Shown: positions 27,531 to 40,623 of the stretch, in pieces
How the letters are laid out: each line of letters starts with the position of its first letter
How positions within the stretch are numbered: the stretch's first letter is position 1
Assembly: GCA_964016885.1 (NCBI GenBank)
Contig: OZ024743.1
Span: 160,890,001-160,954,000, forward strand
DNA: 64,000 nt
Direction of reading: 5' to 3'
Origin: Eledone cirrhosa
Lineage: Eukaryota
Notes under the pieces: model-generated
Databases searched by the model: none
What the model was told of the DNA's origin: nothing
Seen by the model: the letters and a program-made list of their open reading frames with translations, nothing else
Program-made: the position numbers and the translations under genes

Positions 27531-27791
27531 GTCCCTAGATCGGTTACTCTCACCGAAGAGGTCACAGAATGTGTGACGAAAGAACTTTGACAATATATAA
27601 ACAACCATCTGGTTGTGGAACCAACCAACCAACCAACCGGAAATTTATAAATTCCTAAATTTATAAATTTATTATAATAAATTGAAGTGAAAGCAACTGG
27701 TGCATGTGTTTCTTATTGGCAACATGACCCTCCCAAAGTATAACAATATATGCATATAGATATATGTAAATTGAAAAGTAAATTGACAATA

Positions 27792-27858
27792 TCTTCTTCT
27801 TCTTCTTCTTCTTCTTCTTCTTCTTCTTCTTCTTCTTCTTCTTCTTCTTTTTCTTCTT
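27792..27858. repeat. (CTT)n microsatellite
   Basis: near-perfect trinucleotide tract. Confidence 0.95.
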
Positions 27859-28270
27859 GGTAACCACATGCCCAGAATATCGGAGTTGTGATCTCTCAAT
27901 TCGGAGAAGTAGCGGCCCTACCAGGAGTGACTCTCTGGTCTCTGAGTTATGCACTTTATCGAGTAACGTTACTCCAAAGACCCTTTGGAGGAATCCCATT
28001 TCTGCCACTTTTATTTGTAATTGTATTTTGGTCATTACTCAAGATTAATGATCCTCGGTAAGAGTTGGCAGGAATACCAGGAAGACAGCGAGTTCGCTTT
28101 TACACCTACCCCCACCCCCCACTCCTTCTGACTGATGAGGCTGGAGTATTACTGCATCAGCTTTTTGCAATTCTTGCACTTAATTCAGGCTCCTGCATTC
28201 CATCACTCATGAACACGGCTCCAAGATACTGGAACTTCTCTACCTGCTTCAGTAGAACTCCATTCACATG
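27859..28270 (-). mobile_element. RTE-clade RT C-terminal fragment
   Basis: QVEKFQYLG, ARIAK, VAEMGFLQRV, IERSQLRYSGHV. Confidence 0.75.
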
Positions 28271-28459
28271 TATATAAATTTGAGGGACTTCTGTCCATCC
28301 ATCCGTCACACTATGTGTGTTTGTGTGAATGTATGTGTCTGTAAAAGGAAGGAAAGGGATACAGGCATATGTCTCTAACTTAAAAACAGTGATACACTCA
28401 TACGTCTCAAATTTAAGAACGCCAATAAACTCACGCGCGCGCACATACACGTGCGCTAT

Positions 28460-28730
28460 TACCACTTAAGAGCTTTGGCTCGGGCAAACATCCCCTTAAT
28501 TTTGGAACCGTCTGTGTTGTCCAGATTTGATGGGAAAAGACTGGACGGTGTTACGCTGTGCTCCTCGTCAAGAGGCAGATGCCTCGTCTGGGACGTCAAA
28601 GTAATTGACTCTTTTGCTTCTGCCCGCATCCTGGATGCAACGGTAAGGGTGAGAGCTACAGCATCCGCAGCTGAATGGAGCAAAATCCTAAAATACCGTG
28701 TTCTGTCAGCTAACTACATTATCCAGCCTT
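28460..28730 (+). mobile_element. CRE-like RLE retrotransposon C-terminal fragment
   Basis: LEPSVLSRFDGKRLDGVTL...GRCLVWDV matches the EP..L.R.DGKRPDG...WD signature of CRE-clade endonucleases. Confidence 0.65.
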
Positions 28731-28884
28731 TGTGGTCTAAGATGTGTGTATTACGTTCTTTTTTTTCCTTTCTTTGTATATATTATATTTGTTTGTGTTT
28801 TCGTTCTGTATCTATTATATTAAATTTTTATATAAATGAGTTTAAAAAAAAAAAGAGTTAAACTATGTTATTAATAGATAAATA

Positions 28885-29057
28885 GGTAGTATCGGTAGAG
28901 GGTCGGACACCATGCTTTCCAGCATAGTTATGTCCCTTTGCGATCTGAGTTCGAATCCCGCAGAGGTTGACTTTGCCTTTCATGCTTACGGGGTCGATAA
29001 AATAAAGTACCAGTAATGCACTGGGTAATTGCTGGCCTTGTGCCTAAAGTAGAAACA
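28885..29057 (+). mobile_element. tRNA-derived SINE with 18-bp TSD
   Basis: B-box gagttcgaatccc; TSD gttattaatagataaata at 28867-28884 and 29058-29075. Confidence 0.88.
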
Positions 29058-29557
29058 GTTATTAATAGATAAATAAAAAGTTCTACTTCATTTTACACTC
29101 CCGTTTCCAATTTATCGAAGGCTGTTATCATGACTGTATGACTGCATGTGTGTGTTTGTGTAAATGTACATGTGTGAATGTGTGTTTGTGTAAATATATG
29201 TGTTAATGTATGTACGTATTTGTGTGAATGTATGTCTGTGTGCGTGTATTTTTGTAAGTTTGTCTGTGTTTGCACAATTAGAGCTATATACTCATACATA
29301 TAGATGTATGTATAGGCACATACACACACGCACACATATACACATACGCATCAGTCTATCTATCTGTATCTCTCTCGTCACGCACTCTCTCTTTCTCGCG
29401 CTATGGTAGTTGAAGTGGTGGTGGCGGCGGCGATATACCGGAAGTGTAGAAATTTCAAACTTTTAAAAGAAGTCAATTTTAAATAAGAAATAAAATTATT
29501 TATATTTAATCAAGAGTTACGAAATTTAGTACATAAATTATGTAATATTCATTCATT

Positions 29558-29745
29558 GGTGGATTGGCAGTATTGGTAGAGGGTCGGACGCCATGCTTTG
29601 ACGTATAGAGTTACGTCCCTTGCCATTCTGAGTTCAAATCGCACCAAGGTTAACTTTGCCTTTCATCCTTACGGGGTCGATAAAATAAAGTACCAGTAAT
29701 GCACTGGGTAATTGCTGGCCTTGTGCCTAACGTAGAAACAATTAT
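29558..29745 (+). mobile_element. tRNA-derived SINE, same family
   Basis: B-box gagttcaaatc, central gcctttcatccttacggggtcgataaaa, 3' end tagaaacaattatt. Confidence 0.88.
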
Positions 29746-30009
29746 TTATTCAAAGTAATCCAACTTATTTTATAGACGGGATAAAAAAATATATATTGTG
29801 GATGCAGTTCCTCACTCTTCTCTTTATTATAGTATAGATGGTCGAACAATAGAAAGGAGCTAGAAGCAATCAGCTAACGGATAGAATATGCAAAATTGCA
29901 AATTGACGGCAAAATTGCATCTATTCAGTTTTGCGGGACAGGCTCACCATGCCACGCAGATAAAACTAGCATGGATCGCCATAACAACATTGTCTCCTCC
30001 AAAAATAAT

Positions 30010-30191
30010 TGTTTCTACCCTAGGCACAAGGCCAGCAATCACCCAGTGCATTACTGGTACTTTATTTTATCGACCCCGTAAGGATGAAAGGCAAAGTCAA
30101 CCTCGGCGGGATTTGAACTCAGATCGTAAAGGGACGTAACTATGCTGGAAAGCATGGCGTCCGACCCTCTACCGATACTGCCAATCCACCA
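30010..30191 (-). mobile_element. tRNA-derived SINE with 14-bp TSD
   Basis: reverse complement of the same family; TSD cctccaaaaataat at 29996-30009 and 30192-30205. Confidence 0.9.
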
Positions 30192-30379
30192 CCTCCAAAA
30201 ATAATAATCTCTGTGAACAGTTTAGATGTGTCTTTGTACAAAGACACATCTAAACTGTTCATAGAGATTATTATTTTTCATCTTCACATTTATTTTATAT
30301 TTTTTATTTTATTTTATTTTATTCTAATTTCTCTCCCATTTTCATTCCTCACTCGATTATTTATTTTCATTAACAACGC

Positions 30380-33300
30380 AAACACAACTGCAACTCATGC
30401 CGCACAAAAGGAAACACATTCAGGTACTTACAACAACAGAAACACCTAACTTGGTGTTACTAAGAAGGACAAAGAAAATACTTATGGCCCATGTAACACG
30501 AAGGCAAGATATTGAGAAAAATGGGGAGATTTTTGGGACCTGTACCTTCAAAGTGCCCAATATACTGCTGATTGTGCCGATTCCAGTGAACACATACAAA
30601 AAAACATTAGAGAGAGGTTCCACGATGACGTGGGAACTCCTAGTTTGAAAACCTCGAGTGGGCTTTTAATGGGGCTCCCAAAGAATCCCCAACAATGATG
30701 AAGGTAGAAACACCTGACCTCCACAAGCTCAAGGTAGGTAAGTAAACCTTTGCTCTCACTTTTAGCCTGCCAACATGGCCGTATTAACAGTGGGATGTTT
30801 CAATGCTCGTGGCCTACGGTCGTCCTGGAAGCAGGGTCGCTTGATGAACGACCTAAGGTCACTAGATATGGATATGACTACTATCAGTGAGACCAGGATG
30901 TCCGACACGCACGCACTAACCCCCATTTTCAACGACTACAGATCTTCGCATCTGTTAGTCCGCCGGGAATGAGAGTTGGAGTGGCAGTTCTGCCTTGATC
31001 TCGAGGTAAAGTCGATCTTCCTAGACCCGGACGGTAAGTTGGTGGTCCTGGGCGTGAACAATAGTGAAAGTAGTGCCTATAGACTATTGGCCGTCTACGC
31101 CCCGACCGGGGCGTGAACAATAGTGAAAGTGGTGCCTATAGACTATTGGCCGTCTACGCCCCGACCGGGGCTGGATGGCCAGATTTCTTTAGGCACCTGG
31201 AAGCCTTTCTGGGAACGTTTCGTCTTTTACTGCTAACAGGGGGCTGGAACGACATTTTAGAGGTGCACTGGGATTGTGTGGGAGGAGCTGATAGAAGCAG
31301 GGCGTACAAAAGCCTCAAGTTCTTGATCAGCCAGTTCCAACTGTCAGACAGGTACCGACTAGATTCTCTAATGCGCCAATGGGGACCTAGACCAACCGCG
31401 TAGCGTCCTCTAGATCGTATATAGAAAGGTTCTTTATTAGGCCAGTCGATAAGGATACTATAGGATGTCCATATTTTCAAACGGTCACCTATTATGATCA
31501 TAAGTTTTTATCTGTACGGTCGACCTAGCTGCGAAACGCCGATAACTTGAGCTGAGATTGGGGATGCCCAAGTCGGCTGCACGTGGCACAAGGTACCCGG
31601 TTTCGATGGTCTTCCCCACGAGTTTTACGTAGACATGTCAGACTTGTTCTCTAATCACCTCGAAGCGTTCTACTGCAACTGACGACAGAACGGAGGTATT
31701 CCCAGTTCTGTGAGCCGGGGTGTAGTGACGCTGATAAGGAAACACGAGAACAAGAGGGATACATTAGACATCTTTAGGCCCCTGACCCTGCTAAACACAG
31801 AGTTTAAGACTTTAGGCAAGGTGTTAGCGAAGAGATTGGCGTTTGTAGTCGAGGATTTGGTAGAGACGGCGCAAACTTGCTCAATACCGACCCGATCCAT
31901 ATACAACAAACTCTACTTTGCGATATATCATAGAGAGGGTAGGGTGTAAACCTAGCATCGGTGGGGCTCTGATCAACTTAGATCAATCGAAAGCTTTCGA
32001 GGGTTGACCATCGATACATGGAGGCTGTCCTCAAGGCAACTGGCTTCGGTCCCGTCTTTAGAGGCTGGATCGCTGCAATGCAGAGCGGCATCAGCTCGGT
32101 GGTCAAAGTTAATGCCTACCTCTCCGAACCGTTTCAGATCTCCAGATTGGTCCGTCAAGGGTGTACTTTCCCCCGTATGTAGTAACTCTCTAGCTTCTAC
32201 TGCAAAAGCTGGAGTTGTTGCAGGACATCCTGCTCGAACAGGGACGCAGAAAGGCTGTGACGCCTTATGCAGATTTCATCATGGTGGTGTCGGACACCTC
32301 CGAAATTGAGGTTGTCGGCACCTTATTGGAGGAATATGAATGGTTGATAGGAGCAAAACTTAACCCGGAAAAGTCGGTGGGCTTACAGCTCGGCATCTGG
32401 AGAGGCGGCCATGCCGTCGAAGAGCGTCGTCGGGTGCTGGACGGATGAACGGGTAAAATTGTTCGAGGTTTGGACCAGACCTCCAGAAGGATAAGAACTG
32501 GGACGTGGTGGTGATCACTCTCACCCTGAACTGGGCTGTGAGGAAGCTGTCACTGAATAATAAGGTGGGGGTGGCGAATGTGTACATCGCGTCCGTCATT
32601 TACTACCACCTGACCGTCGTGTCTTGCCCCCGTTCACGCTTCACCAAATTGGGGCGGCTCCTCCTCAACTTGTTGAGGGGACAGGTTCCGTTGGTGAGAC
32701 GGTCCAGCACCCTCTATACGGAGGGTATGGTATGTCATAGTCAATTATGCACAAACATGCACTGAGGCTACCGCATCTCCAGATATACTGCGTAAACGGT
32801 GAACTGGTGTGGTCACCATTTGTCAGACAAGCCTTTCCGCAGCTCGTCCCTTTGACTGGGCTGCAGTCCTGAGTCAAGAAAAAACCAAGACTGTGTGACT
32901 GGGATCTGGAATGTTGCCAGGCACTCACTGCCCTCTACCAGGTAGGCAATGCGGTCAATGGAACTTCCACTCTCAAGTTCTATCGAGGCTTAATGGAGGC
33001 AAGTGAGCAGACGCACTCGGAGAGGCTCTGACCAGTCTGTACCGGAGGACTTTCGAGTCCATAGTGAAATGGTCCCGCCGCCTTCTTTTAGCCGGAAATG
33101 GTAGGCAATTTTCCTGTATCTGGTAAAAGTAGCCAAGATGTTGTATGATGGACCAGATTAAATAGACTGAAGACAGACACTTTTCTCTTCGGTCACTCCC
33201 TCATCAACCTTTTCAAGTTTTACTTGGAATGGAAGGTGAGCGTGGAGAGTTGAGTGCATTTGTTAAAAGGTGCGTGAATGGGGCGAAAATGGCCCATATT

Positions 33301-33521
33301 AAAGGGCATAATCTGAGCATACACCCGTAGACTGGTTAATTTGAGGAAGCGAAGGGTGCCCTTGAAGCGTTCAGTGGTTCAGGATTGGTGGGTACCTGTT
33401 GTATTTTTCAGGTTATTTTTCTTGTTATTTTTATTTATATTTTTCACACGTATTTAACTCTATTTAAGACTGTCCCGTCTACTGTATTGTCCCCTATATG
33501 TTAACCCTTGCGGCCAATAAA
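30380..33521 (+). mobile_element. Degenerate Tx1-like LINE (ORF1 3' part + ORF2 with deletions)
   Basis: ORF2 start MAVLTVGCFNARG at 30775, FRPLTLLNTEFK, YADF; 3' motif cccttgcggccaataaag at about 33505-33521. Confidence 0.85.
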
Positions 33522-34066
33522 GGATAAGCTCTACAGGCACGGAAGTGCCGTCAGCCGAACCTGTCCGAGATGCGCGCAGAGCGACGAAACCGTCGTGCAC
33601 GCACTCGTTCAGTATCCGAGCATTGCTGACTTGTGGAGCTATGTCGAACAGTTGCTGTCGCGTTTAGGACTGATCCGGTTATCGACTGAGTCCATGTGCA
33701 GATGGTCTCGCCGTCTTCCTTCGAGGAGAAAGGGCAGGCGTTTTCATCTGCCTGGTGGCCATGGCGAAAGAGATTGTGTGGTGGACAAGGTTGAAAGGGC
33801 TGAAGACAGATACTTTCCTCTTCTTTTGTGTGGTTTTCGCCACGAGTAACACTCGGAGGTTTCCCCACTATTGGGGAATTTTTCATTGTTTCAATTTTCA
33901 TTTTTATTGTTTATATATATATATATGTTCCTAAGTCCTTTTTTTTTTCTTATATAAATAATAAAAATCTTTACACGCACAAAACCCACATCGTAACGTC
34001 CTGTACCGTCCTGTGCCGTCTGTAATGTTTTTCTTGATGTCAGCCCTTGTGGCCAATAAAGAAAGC
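33522..34066 (+). mobile_element. Tx1-like 3' fragment (zinc finger + 3' UTR)
   Basis: DKLYRHG..TCPRCAQSDETVVHALVQ; ends cccttgtggccaataaagaaa. Confidence 0.85.
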
Positions 34067-34074
34067 ATAAAGAA

Positions 34075-37000
34075 ATGATGTATTTGCATCTCCCAGCCGT
34101 CCAGGATCGGGGGGAGGGGTTGCCGTCCTTTTTCGGAGCGGCTTGGATCTCGCCATACGGGCCATCTTCCTAGACCCAGAAGGTAAGTCGGTGGTGCTGG
34201 ACGTGACCGGCAGCGAAGGCAATGCTTTCAGGCTAGTGGTCGTCTACGCCCCAACAGGGGCGGGACGGACAGATTTCTTCAGACGTCTAGAGACCTTTCT
34301 TGGAACGTCCCGCTCTTTAGTCTTAGTGGGCGACTGGAACGGTATCTTGCTTGCACACTGGGATTTTGTGGAGCTAGTGGATAGGGGAGCAGAGAGCCTC
34401 ACCAACCTGCTCAGACGTTTTGAACTGTCTGACAGGTATCGACTGGATCACCCGAATGTGACAATGTGGACATGGACAAACCGCATCGGGTCATCCAGAT
34501 CGTATCTCGATAGGGTATTCTGCAGAGAACTAGATAAGGCTAGTATAAGTTGTCCGCAATTTAAAATAGTCGATTACACAGACCACAAATTTGTGATCTG
34601 TGAGATCGACATAGACAGACTTCATAGACAAGGGCCCGGTTACTGGAGCTGAACGCGTCTTTTCCGGTGCGCAAAGCCTACAGAGACAGGATTAGCGTAT
34701 TAGTTAAGCGGGCGTTGACGGGAGCGGTCGTCAACAACAGGTGGTGGTTTGCCCTGAAAAGGGCAATTAAAATAGAGTCGATTAGGTTTAGCAAAGGACT
34801 AGTGATAGAGGAAAATAGAGTAGAGGGAGAGCTAGTCAGAAAGCTAGAAGAGGCGTTTAGGACAGGTATCGCAACCGACGTGCTTGCGGCGAGATTGGCA
34901 CTCGACCAATTCTTCAATGCAAAACACGAAGGCTGCGTTGTCAGAGCTAGAGCGTGCGCTCTGAAACACGAGGGGACAAAAACCGTCCAATGGGCCCGGG
35001 TGGCAGAGGCGCGACGTGGCAACAAAGCCACAATTCGGTCTTTGTCTGACCAAAACGGGTGCGTGCTGCTCGAACCCGAGCAGATGTGCGAAGATTTTCA
35101 GCAGCACTTTGCTGAACTGTTCGGGAGCAGCGGCGGCCCGGATCGGGGCATGGACTTCAGTGCATACCTCGACGGACTACCTCGGCTCTCGACGACCGCA
35201 GCACAGTGTTGCGAAAAGCCAATAACAGCCGGTGAAATACGGGAAGCGATGGCTAACTGCACGAGGAGTAAATCCCAAGGTTTGGATGTTCTGCCCTACG
35301 AGCTTTATGCATTTATGCCAGACTTGTTCGGTGACCTCTTGGCAGACGTCTACTGCAGCTGGCAGCAGAACTGGAGCATTCCCAGTTTTGTGAGCCGGGC
35401 AGCGGTGGCGCTGCTGAGAAAAGACCCGCACAAGGGTGATGTTATCGATAATTTCAGGCCCATAACCCTGCTAAACGCAGAGTTCAAGATTTTGGCCAAG
35501 GTGTTAACAACGAGGTTGGCGCTTGTCGTCAAGGGACTGGTGGGAGAGGCGCATACATGCGCCATTCCGGACAGATCCATACACGACAACCTCCACCTCA
35601 TGCAATACATTATAGAGAGGGTTGTTAAGGAACCTGATACGGGTGGGGCCCTGATCAACTTGGATCAATCCAAAGCATTCGATAGGGTCGACCATCGGTA
35701 CCTGGCGGCAGTCCTCTAGGCAGCCGGTTTCGGGCCCGTTTTCAGGGATTGGATCGCTGCGATATACAGCGACATCTGCTCAGTTGTGAGGGTGAACGGT
35801 CACCTGTCGCAGCCGTTCAGCATCATGCGCTCAGTCCGCCAGGGTTGTCCCCTCTCGTCCCTCTTGTACGTATTGGCTCTCGAGCCGTTACTGCACAAAC
35901 TGGGGGCGATGAGGGGAGTCCCACGCGAACTAGGATGCGGGAAATCTGAGTTGGCTTACGCCGACGACGTCACCGTTGTGGTGGCGAGCACGAGATACGT
36001 CCAGATGCCCGGCACGGCTCTCAAGTAATACGAAGCGGTGACAGGAGCAAAATTAAACCAGGAAAAGTAGGTGGGCTTGCAGCTCGGCACCTGGAGAGGC
36101 AAGTCCATACCGTCCTTACAGAGTCGTGGAGCGTTGGACGGACAGACCGGTTAAATTGCTTGGTGTCTGGTTCGGAGCGGACCTCCAGATGGAGAAAAAC
36201 TGGAACGAGGTGACGAGCAAGGTGGCCTCCCTCACCCAGAAATGGGCCGAGAGGGAGCTGTCCCTGAAAGGCCGGGAAGAGGTGTCGAATGCGTACATCG
36301 CATCCGTCATCTGCTACCGCCTCACCGTCGACCCTCGCCCCCGCCCAACTCTCACCAAAATGGAGCGCCTCATCTTCCGCTTGTTTTGTGGAAGGGATGT
36401 GCTCCTATGGTCAGACGATTCATTTGCCGTGGCTGATGATTCGCAAACATGCGCTGAGGCTGGAACATCTCTAGTGCTTCCTTGACGGTGAACAGGTGTG
36501 GTCGCCGTTCGCCAGGCCCGTTTTCCCACAGCTCGTCTCCTTGACGGAGCTGCAGTCCTGGGTCAGAAAAAGACCGAGGGATAGCGCTTGGAAACTGGAA
36601 TGTCTCCAGGCGTTCACTGCCAGCTGGGCACCAGTATCGGTTGAACATCCACCTCGGTGTTCTATAGAGGACTAGTGGAGAGGAGAGCGACGACGTCCTC
36701 GGAGAGATCCTGGGCTTCGAAGAAGATCAGCTGTTTGCTCTCTTCCGGAGAACTTTCAGCCCAGGGCCTATGGATAACTTCCAAAAATCCCTGACCTGGC
36801 AGTGCTACCGGGGAGCGCTACCAGTTCGAGATAAGTTCTACAGGCCCGAAAGTGCCGTCAACCGAGCCTGTCCGAGATACGCGCAGAGCGACGAAACTGT
36901 CGTGCACGCACTCGTTCAGAGCCCGAGCATTGCTGACTTGTGGAGCTATGTCGAACAGTTGCTGTCGCGTGTAGGAATGATCCGGTTATCGACTGAGTCC

Positions 37001-37464
37001 ATTGTGCAGATGGTCTCGCCGTCTTCTTGGAGGAGGAAGGACAGGCGGTTTTCATCTGCCTGGTGGCCATGGCGAAAGAGATTGTGTGGTGGACAAGGTT
37101 GAAAGGGTTGAAGACAGATACTTTCCCCTTCGGCGAATCCCTAATTAACTTTTTCAAGTTTCACTTGAAGAGGAAAATTAGGGTGGAGAGGCAAGTTTGT
37201 TGAAAGGTGGGTGAATGTAGCGAGAATGGTCCGAGGGAACGGGACCGCTCTGAATATACGCCTGTAGTTTGAGAAATGGAAAAATTGAGAGAGGGCACTT
37301 GCCCTGGTGGTCAGGGTGGCCGTGGTCTTTTGTGCGGTTTTCGCCACGAGTAACCCTCAGAGGTTTCCTCCCTATTGGGGAATATTTTAATTGTTTCAAT
37401 TTTCATTTTTATTGTTTATATATATTTATGTTTCTAAGTCTTTTTTTCCTTTTTTATATAAATT
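34075..37464 (+). mobile_element. 5'-truncated Tx1-like LINE, ORF2 nearly complete, close relative of the 1-5187 copy
   Basis: ORFs 34143-34652 (APE), 34667-35719 and 35786-36028 (RT, YADD), C-terminal zinc-finger region; 3' UTR cut by the next copy. Confidence 0.9.
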
Positions 37465-39255
37465 AATGGCCACCTCTCGGAACCGTTTCAGGTCTCCCGA
37501 TCGGTCCGTCAAGGGTGCCCTCTCTCCTCTCTTCTGTACGTATTGACTCTCGAGCCTTTAATGCGGAAGCTGGAGCTGTTGCAGAGCATCCCGCTCGAAC
37601 CGGGACGCGGAAAGGCTGTGTCGGCTTATGCGGACGACATCACCGTGGTGGTGTTCAACACCTCAGAAACCGAGGTGGTCAGCAACTTATTGGAGGAATA
37701 TGAAAGGTTGACGGGAGCAAAACTTAACCCGGAAAAGTCGGTGGGCTTGCAACTCGGCACCTGGAGAGGCAACTCCATGCCGTCCAACAGCGTCGTTAGG
37801 CGCTGGACGGACGGACCGGTAAAGTTTCTCGGGGTTTGGTTCGGGCTAGACCTCCAGGTGTATAAGAATTGGGACGACAGACGGTCAGGGTAGCCAGTCT
37901 CACCCAGAACTGGGCTGGGAGGAAGCTATCGCTGAAAGTTCGGGCGGAGGTGGTGAATGCGTACATCGCGTCGTCATCTACTACAGTCTGACCATCGTCC
38001 CTTGCCTCCGTTTGCGCCTCGCCATCTTGGAGCGGCTCCTCTTCAAATTCTTGTGGAGGAGTCAGGTTCCGCTGGTGAGGCGGTCCATCTGCTGCCAGCA
38101 CCCTCTACGTGGAGGGCTGGGCATGCCATGGCTAATGATGCGCAGACAAACGCTGAGGCTGCGGCATCTCCAAATATTCTGCCTAAACGGTGAACAGGTG
38201 TGGTCACCCTTTGTCAGACGGGCCTTTCCGCAGCTCGTCTCTTTGACTGAGCTGCAGTCCTGGGTCAAGAAGAGACCGAGACTGGATGACTGGCATCTGG
38301 AATGTTGCCAAGGCACTCACTGCCCTCTACCAGGCGGGCAATGCGGTCAGTGGAACTTCCACTCTCGAGTTCTATAAAGGATTAGTGGTGGGAGAGTGCG
38401 ACGACGCACTCGGAGAGGCTCTGGGAGCCGACGAAGTCGAACTAACCAGTCTGTTCCGGAGGACTTTCGAGCCGGGGACGATGGATAATTTACAAAAGTC
38501 CCTCGCTTGGCAGTGCTACCGGGGGGGGGGGGGCACTTCCGGTTGGTGATAAACTCTACAGGCAAGGAAGTGCTGTCAGACGGACCTGTCCAAGATGCGC
38601 GCAGAGTGACGAAACCTTTCTGCGCGCATTCGTCCAGTGTCCGTGCATTACTGACTTGTGGAGTTATGTCGAACAGCTGTTGTCGCAAGTAGAACGGATC
38701 CGGCTATCGGCTGAGTCCATAGTGAAGATCGACCCGCCGCCTTCTTTTGGCCAGGAAGGGCAGGCAATTTTCCTCTGTCTGGTGGCAGTAGCGAAAGAGG
38801 TTGTATGGTGGACGAGGTTGAAAGGACTGAAGACAGACACTTTTCTCTTCGGCCAATCCCTCATCAACTTTTTCAAGTTTCACTTGGAAAGGAAGGTGAA
38901 GGTGGAGAGAGAAGTGCTACCCCCCAGTACATTTGCTGAAAGGTGGGTGAATGTGGCGAGAATGGCCCGTGTGAGTGGGCCTACTCTGGTCATGCGACTG
39001 TAGGTAGGTAAATTTGAAGAGGAGAGGGGTGCCCTGCCAGGGTGCTCTCGAAGCGTCGGGTCGTTCAGGATTGGTGGGGTACCTGAGCGAACCCTGTGTG
39101 GTCATCCCCCCTATTGTGAAATTTTTCTTGTATTTTTATTGTTACTTTGTTATTGTTATTCATATTGATTACTCGATTTTTCTGCAAAACCCCACTGTCC
39201 CAGTCTTTTGTAATTTCCCCCTATATGTCGGCCCTTGTGGCCAATAAATGAAATC
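37465..39255 (+). mobile_element. 5'-truncated Tx1-like LINE (RT C-half to 3' end)
   Basis: RQGCPLSS, SAYADD, WWTRLKGLKT; ends ggcccttgtggccaataaatgaaa then tcattatt. Confidence 0.88.
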
Positions 39256-39636
39256 ATTATTTGTTCCTCACAATATTATCCACACCCACAACCAGGCAAT
39301 TCCCTTTTATAAAATTTGTTTCATTCTTTGACAAAAAATGGAACTGTCTTTAATGACACGATGAACTAGCGCCGGGTCATCCAAGCGTGGCACACCCCAC
39401 ATAACCCCTGGCAGTGTGGCCGCCCCCACTCGCATCTTCATGTCTACACCAAAGCAAGTCTCTGACTGACCAATACACATTCCAAAACGCGCCCACACGG
39501 GCACAGATACACACACGAATCCTGAATTGCTCGCGCAAACACGCATATTTATATCTGTGAAAATACACCAGCATTGCTGCCACAGCAATTACACTAAAGT
39601 ACACACATACGACACACACGAAAAATCTGGCCGATG

Positions 39637-39638
<2 letters not shown>

Positions 39639-39702
<64 letters not shown>
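39639..39702. repeat. (TA)n microsatellite
   Basis: perfect dinucleotide tract. Confidence 0.97.
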
Positions 39703-39706
<4 letters not shown>

Positions 39707-39962
39707 AAAAATGAAATTTCATTTCTCACTCTTAGTACGGTGATACTTAAATATAAGTATGTATACGTACATACATATATGTATACAGATGTACAGTAGT
39801 ATGTATATACATACATACATGCACACATATATATATATGTACGTATGGATTTACCGAACATTTATTATAATTCTCGGTTTGTTTGTAAACAAACAGCCCG
39901 AAATTTTAGCCGTACATTGTTCGGCAACCATCGTTGCCGTTTTGTTGAACACTGACAAAGAA

Positions 39963-40005
39963 ACGATGAACTAGTTTCTGGCTTATTAGCTGTCATCAGC
40001 ACCGT
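39963..40005 (-). ncRNA. Minimal type I hammerhead ribozyme motif
   Basis: acggtg CTGATGA c agct aata agcc a GAAA ctag TT catcgt: 6-bp stem I, intact core, palindromic ACTAGT stem III. Confidence 0.7.
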
Positions 40006-40194
40006 ATACCTTCCTGTCAATCGATTGAACGTTTGAAAGTATATACTTTCCTTATGCATATTAACGGCTGAGCAGCCTAATTTGCATATCGAGTGAGTTA
40101 GTCGGCCGGGTGTACGAAAACGATAAATCGAAAAAATGAAATTTCATTTCTCACTCTTAGTGGTCAAACGTTCAATCGACTGATAAGAAGGTAT

Positions 40195-40237
40195 ACGGTG
40201 CTGATAACAGCTAATAAGCTAGAAACTAGTTCATCTT
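40195..40237 (+). ncRNA. Hammerhead motif copy, core mutated (CTGATAA)
   Basis: same motif with G8->A. Confidence 0.5.
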
Positions 40238-40580
40238 TCCTTTGTCAGTGTTGAACAAAAGGGCAACGATGGTTGCCGAACACTGTACGGCTAAAATTTC
40301 GGGCCGTTTGTTTACAAAGAAACCGAGCATTATAATAAATGTTCGGTAAACCCATACGTACATATATATATGTGTGCATACTATTGTACGTCTGTATACA
40401 TACTTTTATTTAAGTGTCAGCCGTACTAAGAGTGAGAAATGAAATGTTTTTTTTTCGTTTATCGTTTTCAGTACACCCGGTCAACTAACTCACTCGATAT
40501 GCAAATTAGGCTGCTCAGCCGTTAATATGCGTAAGGAAAGTATATACTTTCAAAAGTTCAATCGACTGACAGGATGGTAT

Positions 40581-40623
40581 ACGGTGCTGATGACAGCTAA
40601 TAAGCTAGAAACTATTTCATAGT
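40581..40623 (+). ncRNA. Hammerhead motif copy, stem III mutated
   Basis: acggtg CTGATGA c agct aata agct a GAAA ctat tt catagt; 386 bp from the previous copy. Confidence 0.55.

Larger units (their letters stand above)
25448..27749 (-). mobile_element. Penelope-like element, 5' truncated, with inverted terminal pseudo-LTR copies
   Basis: RT motifs IGSIDLVSLYPSID, GAAIG, YSRYVDD; GIY-YIG domain; about 200 bp inverted repeats at 25448-25647 and 27550-27749. Confidence 0.9.

Noticed and set aside
28940-28965. B-box gagttcgaatccc suggesting a tRNA gene
   Set aside because: No cloverleaf; part of a repeated SINE with TSDs
31051-31170. About 59 bp tandem duplication
   Set aside because: Local duplication inside a decayed endonuclease; only two units and no spacers, so not a CRISPR-like array
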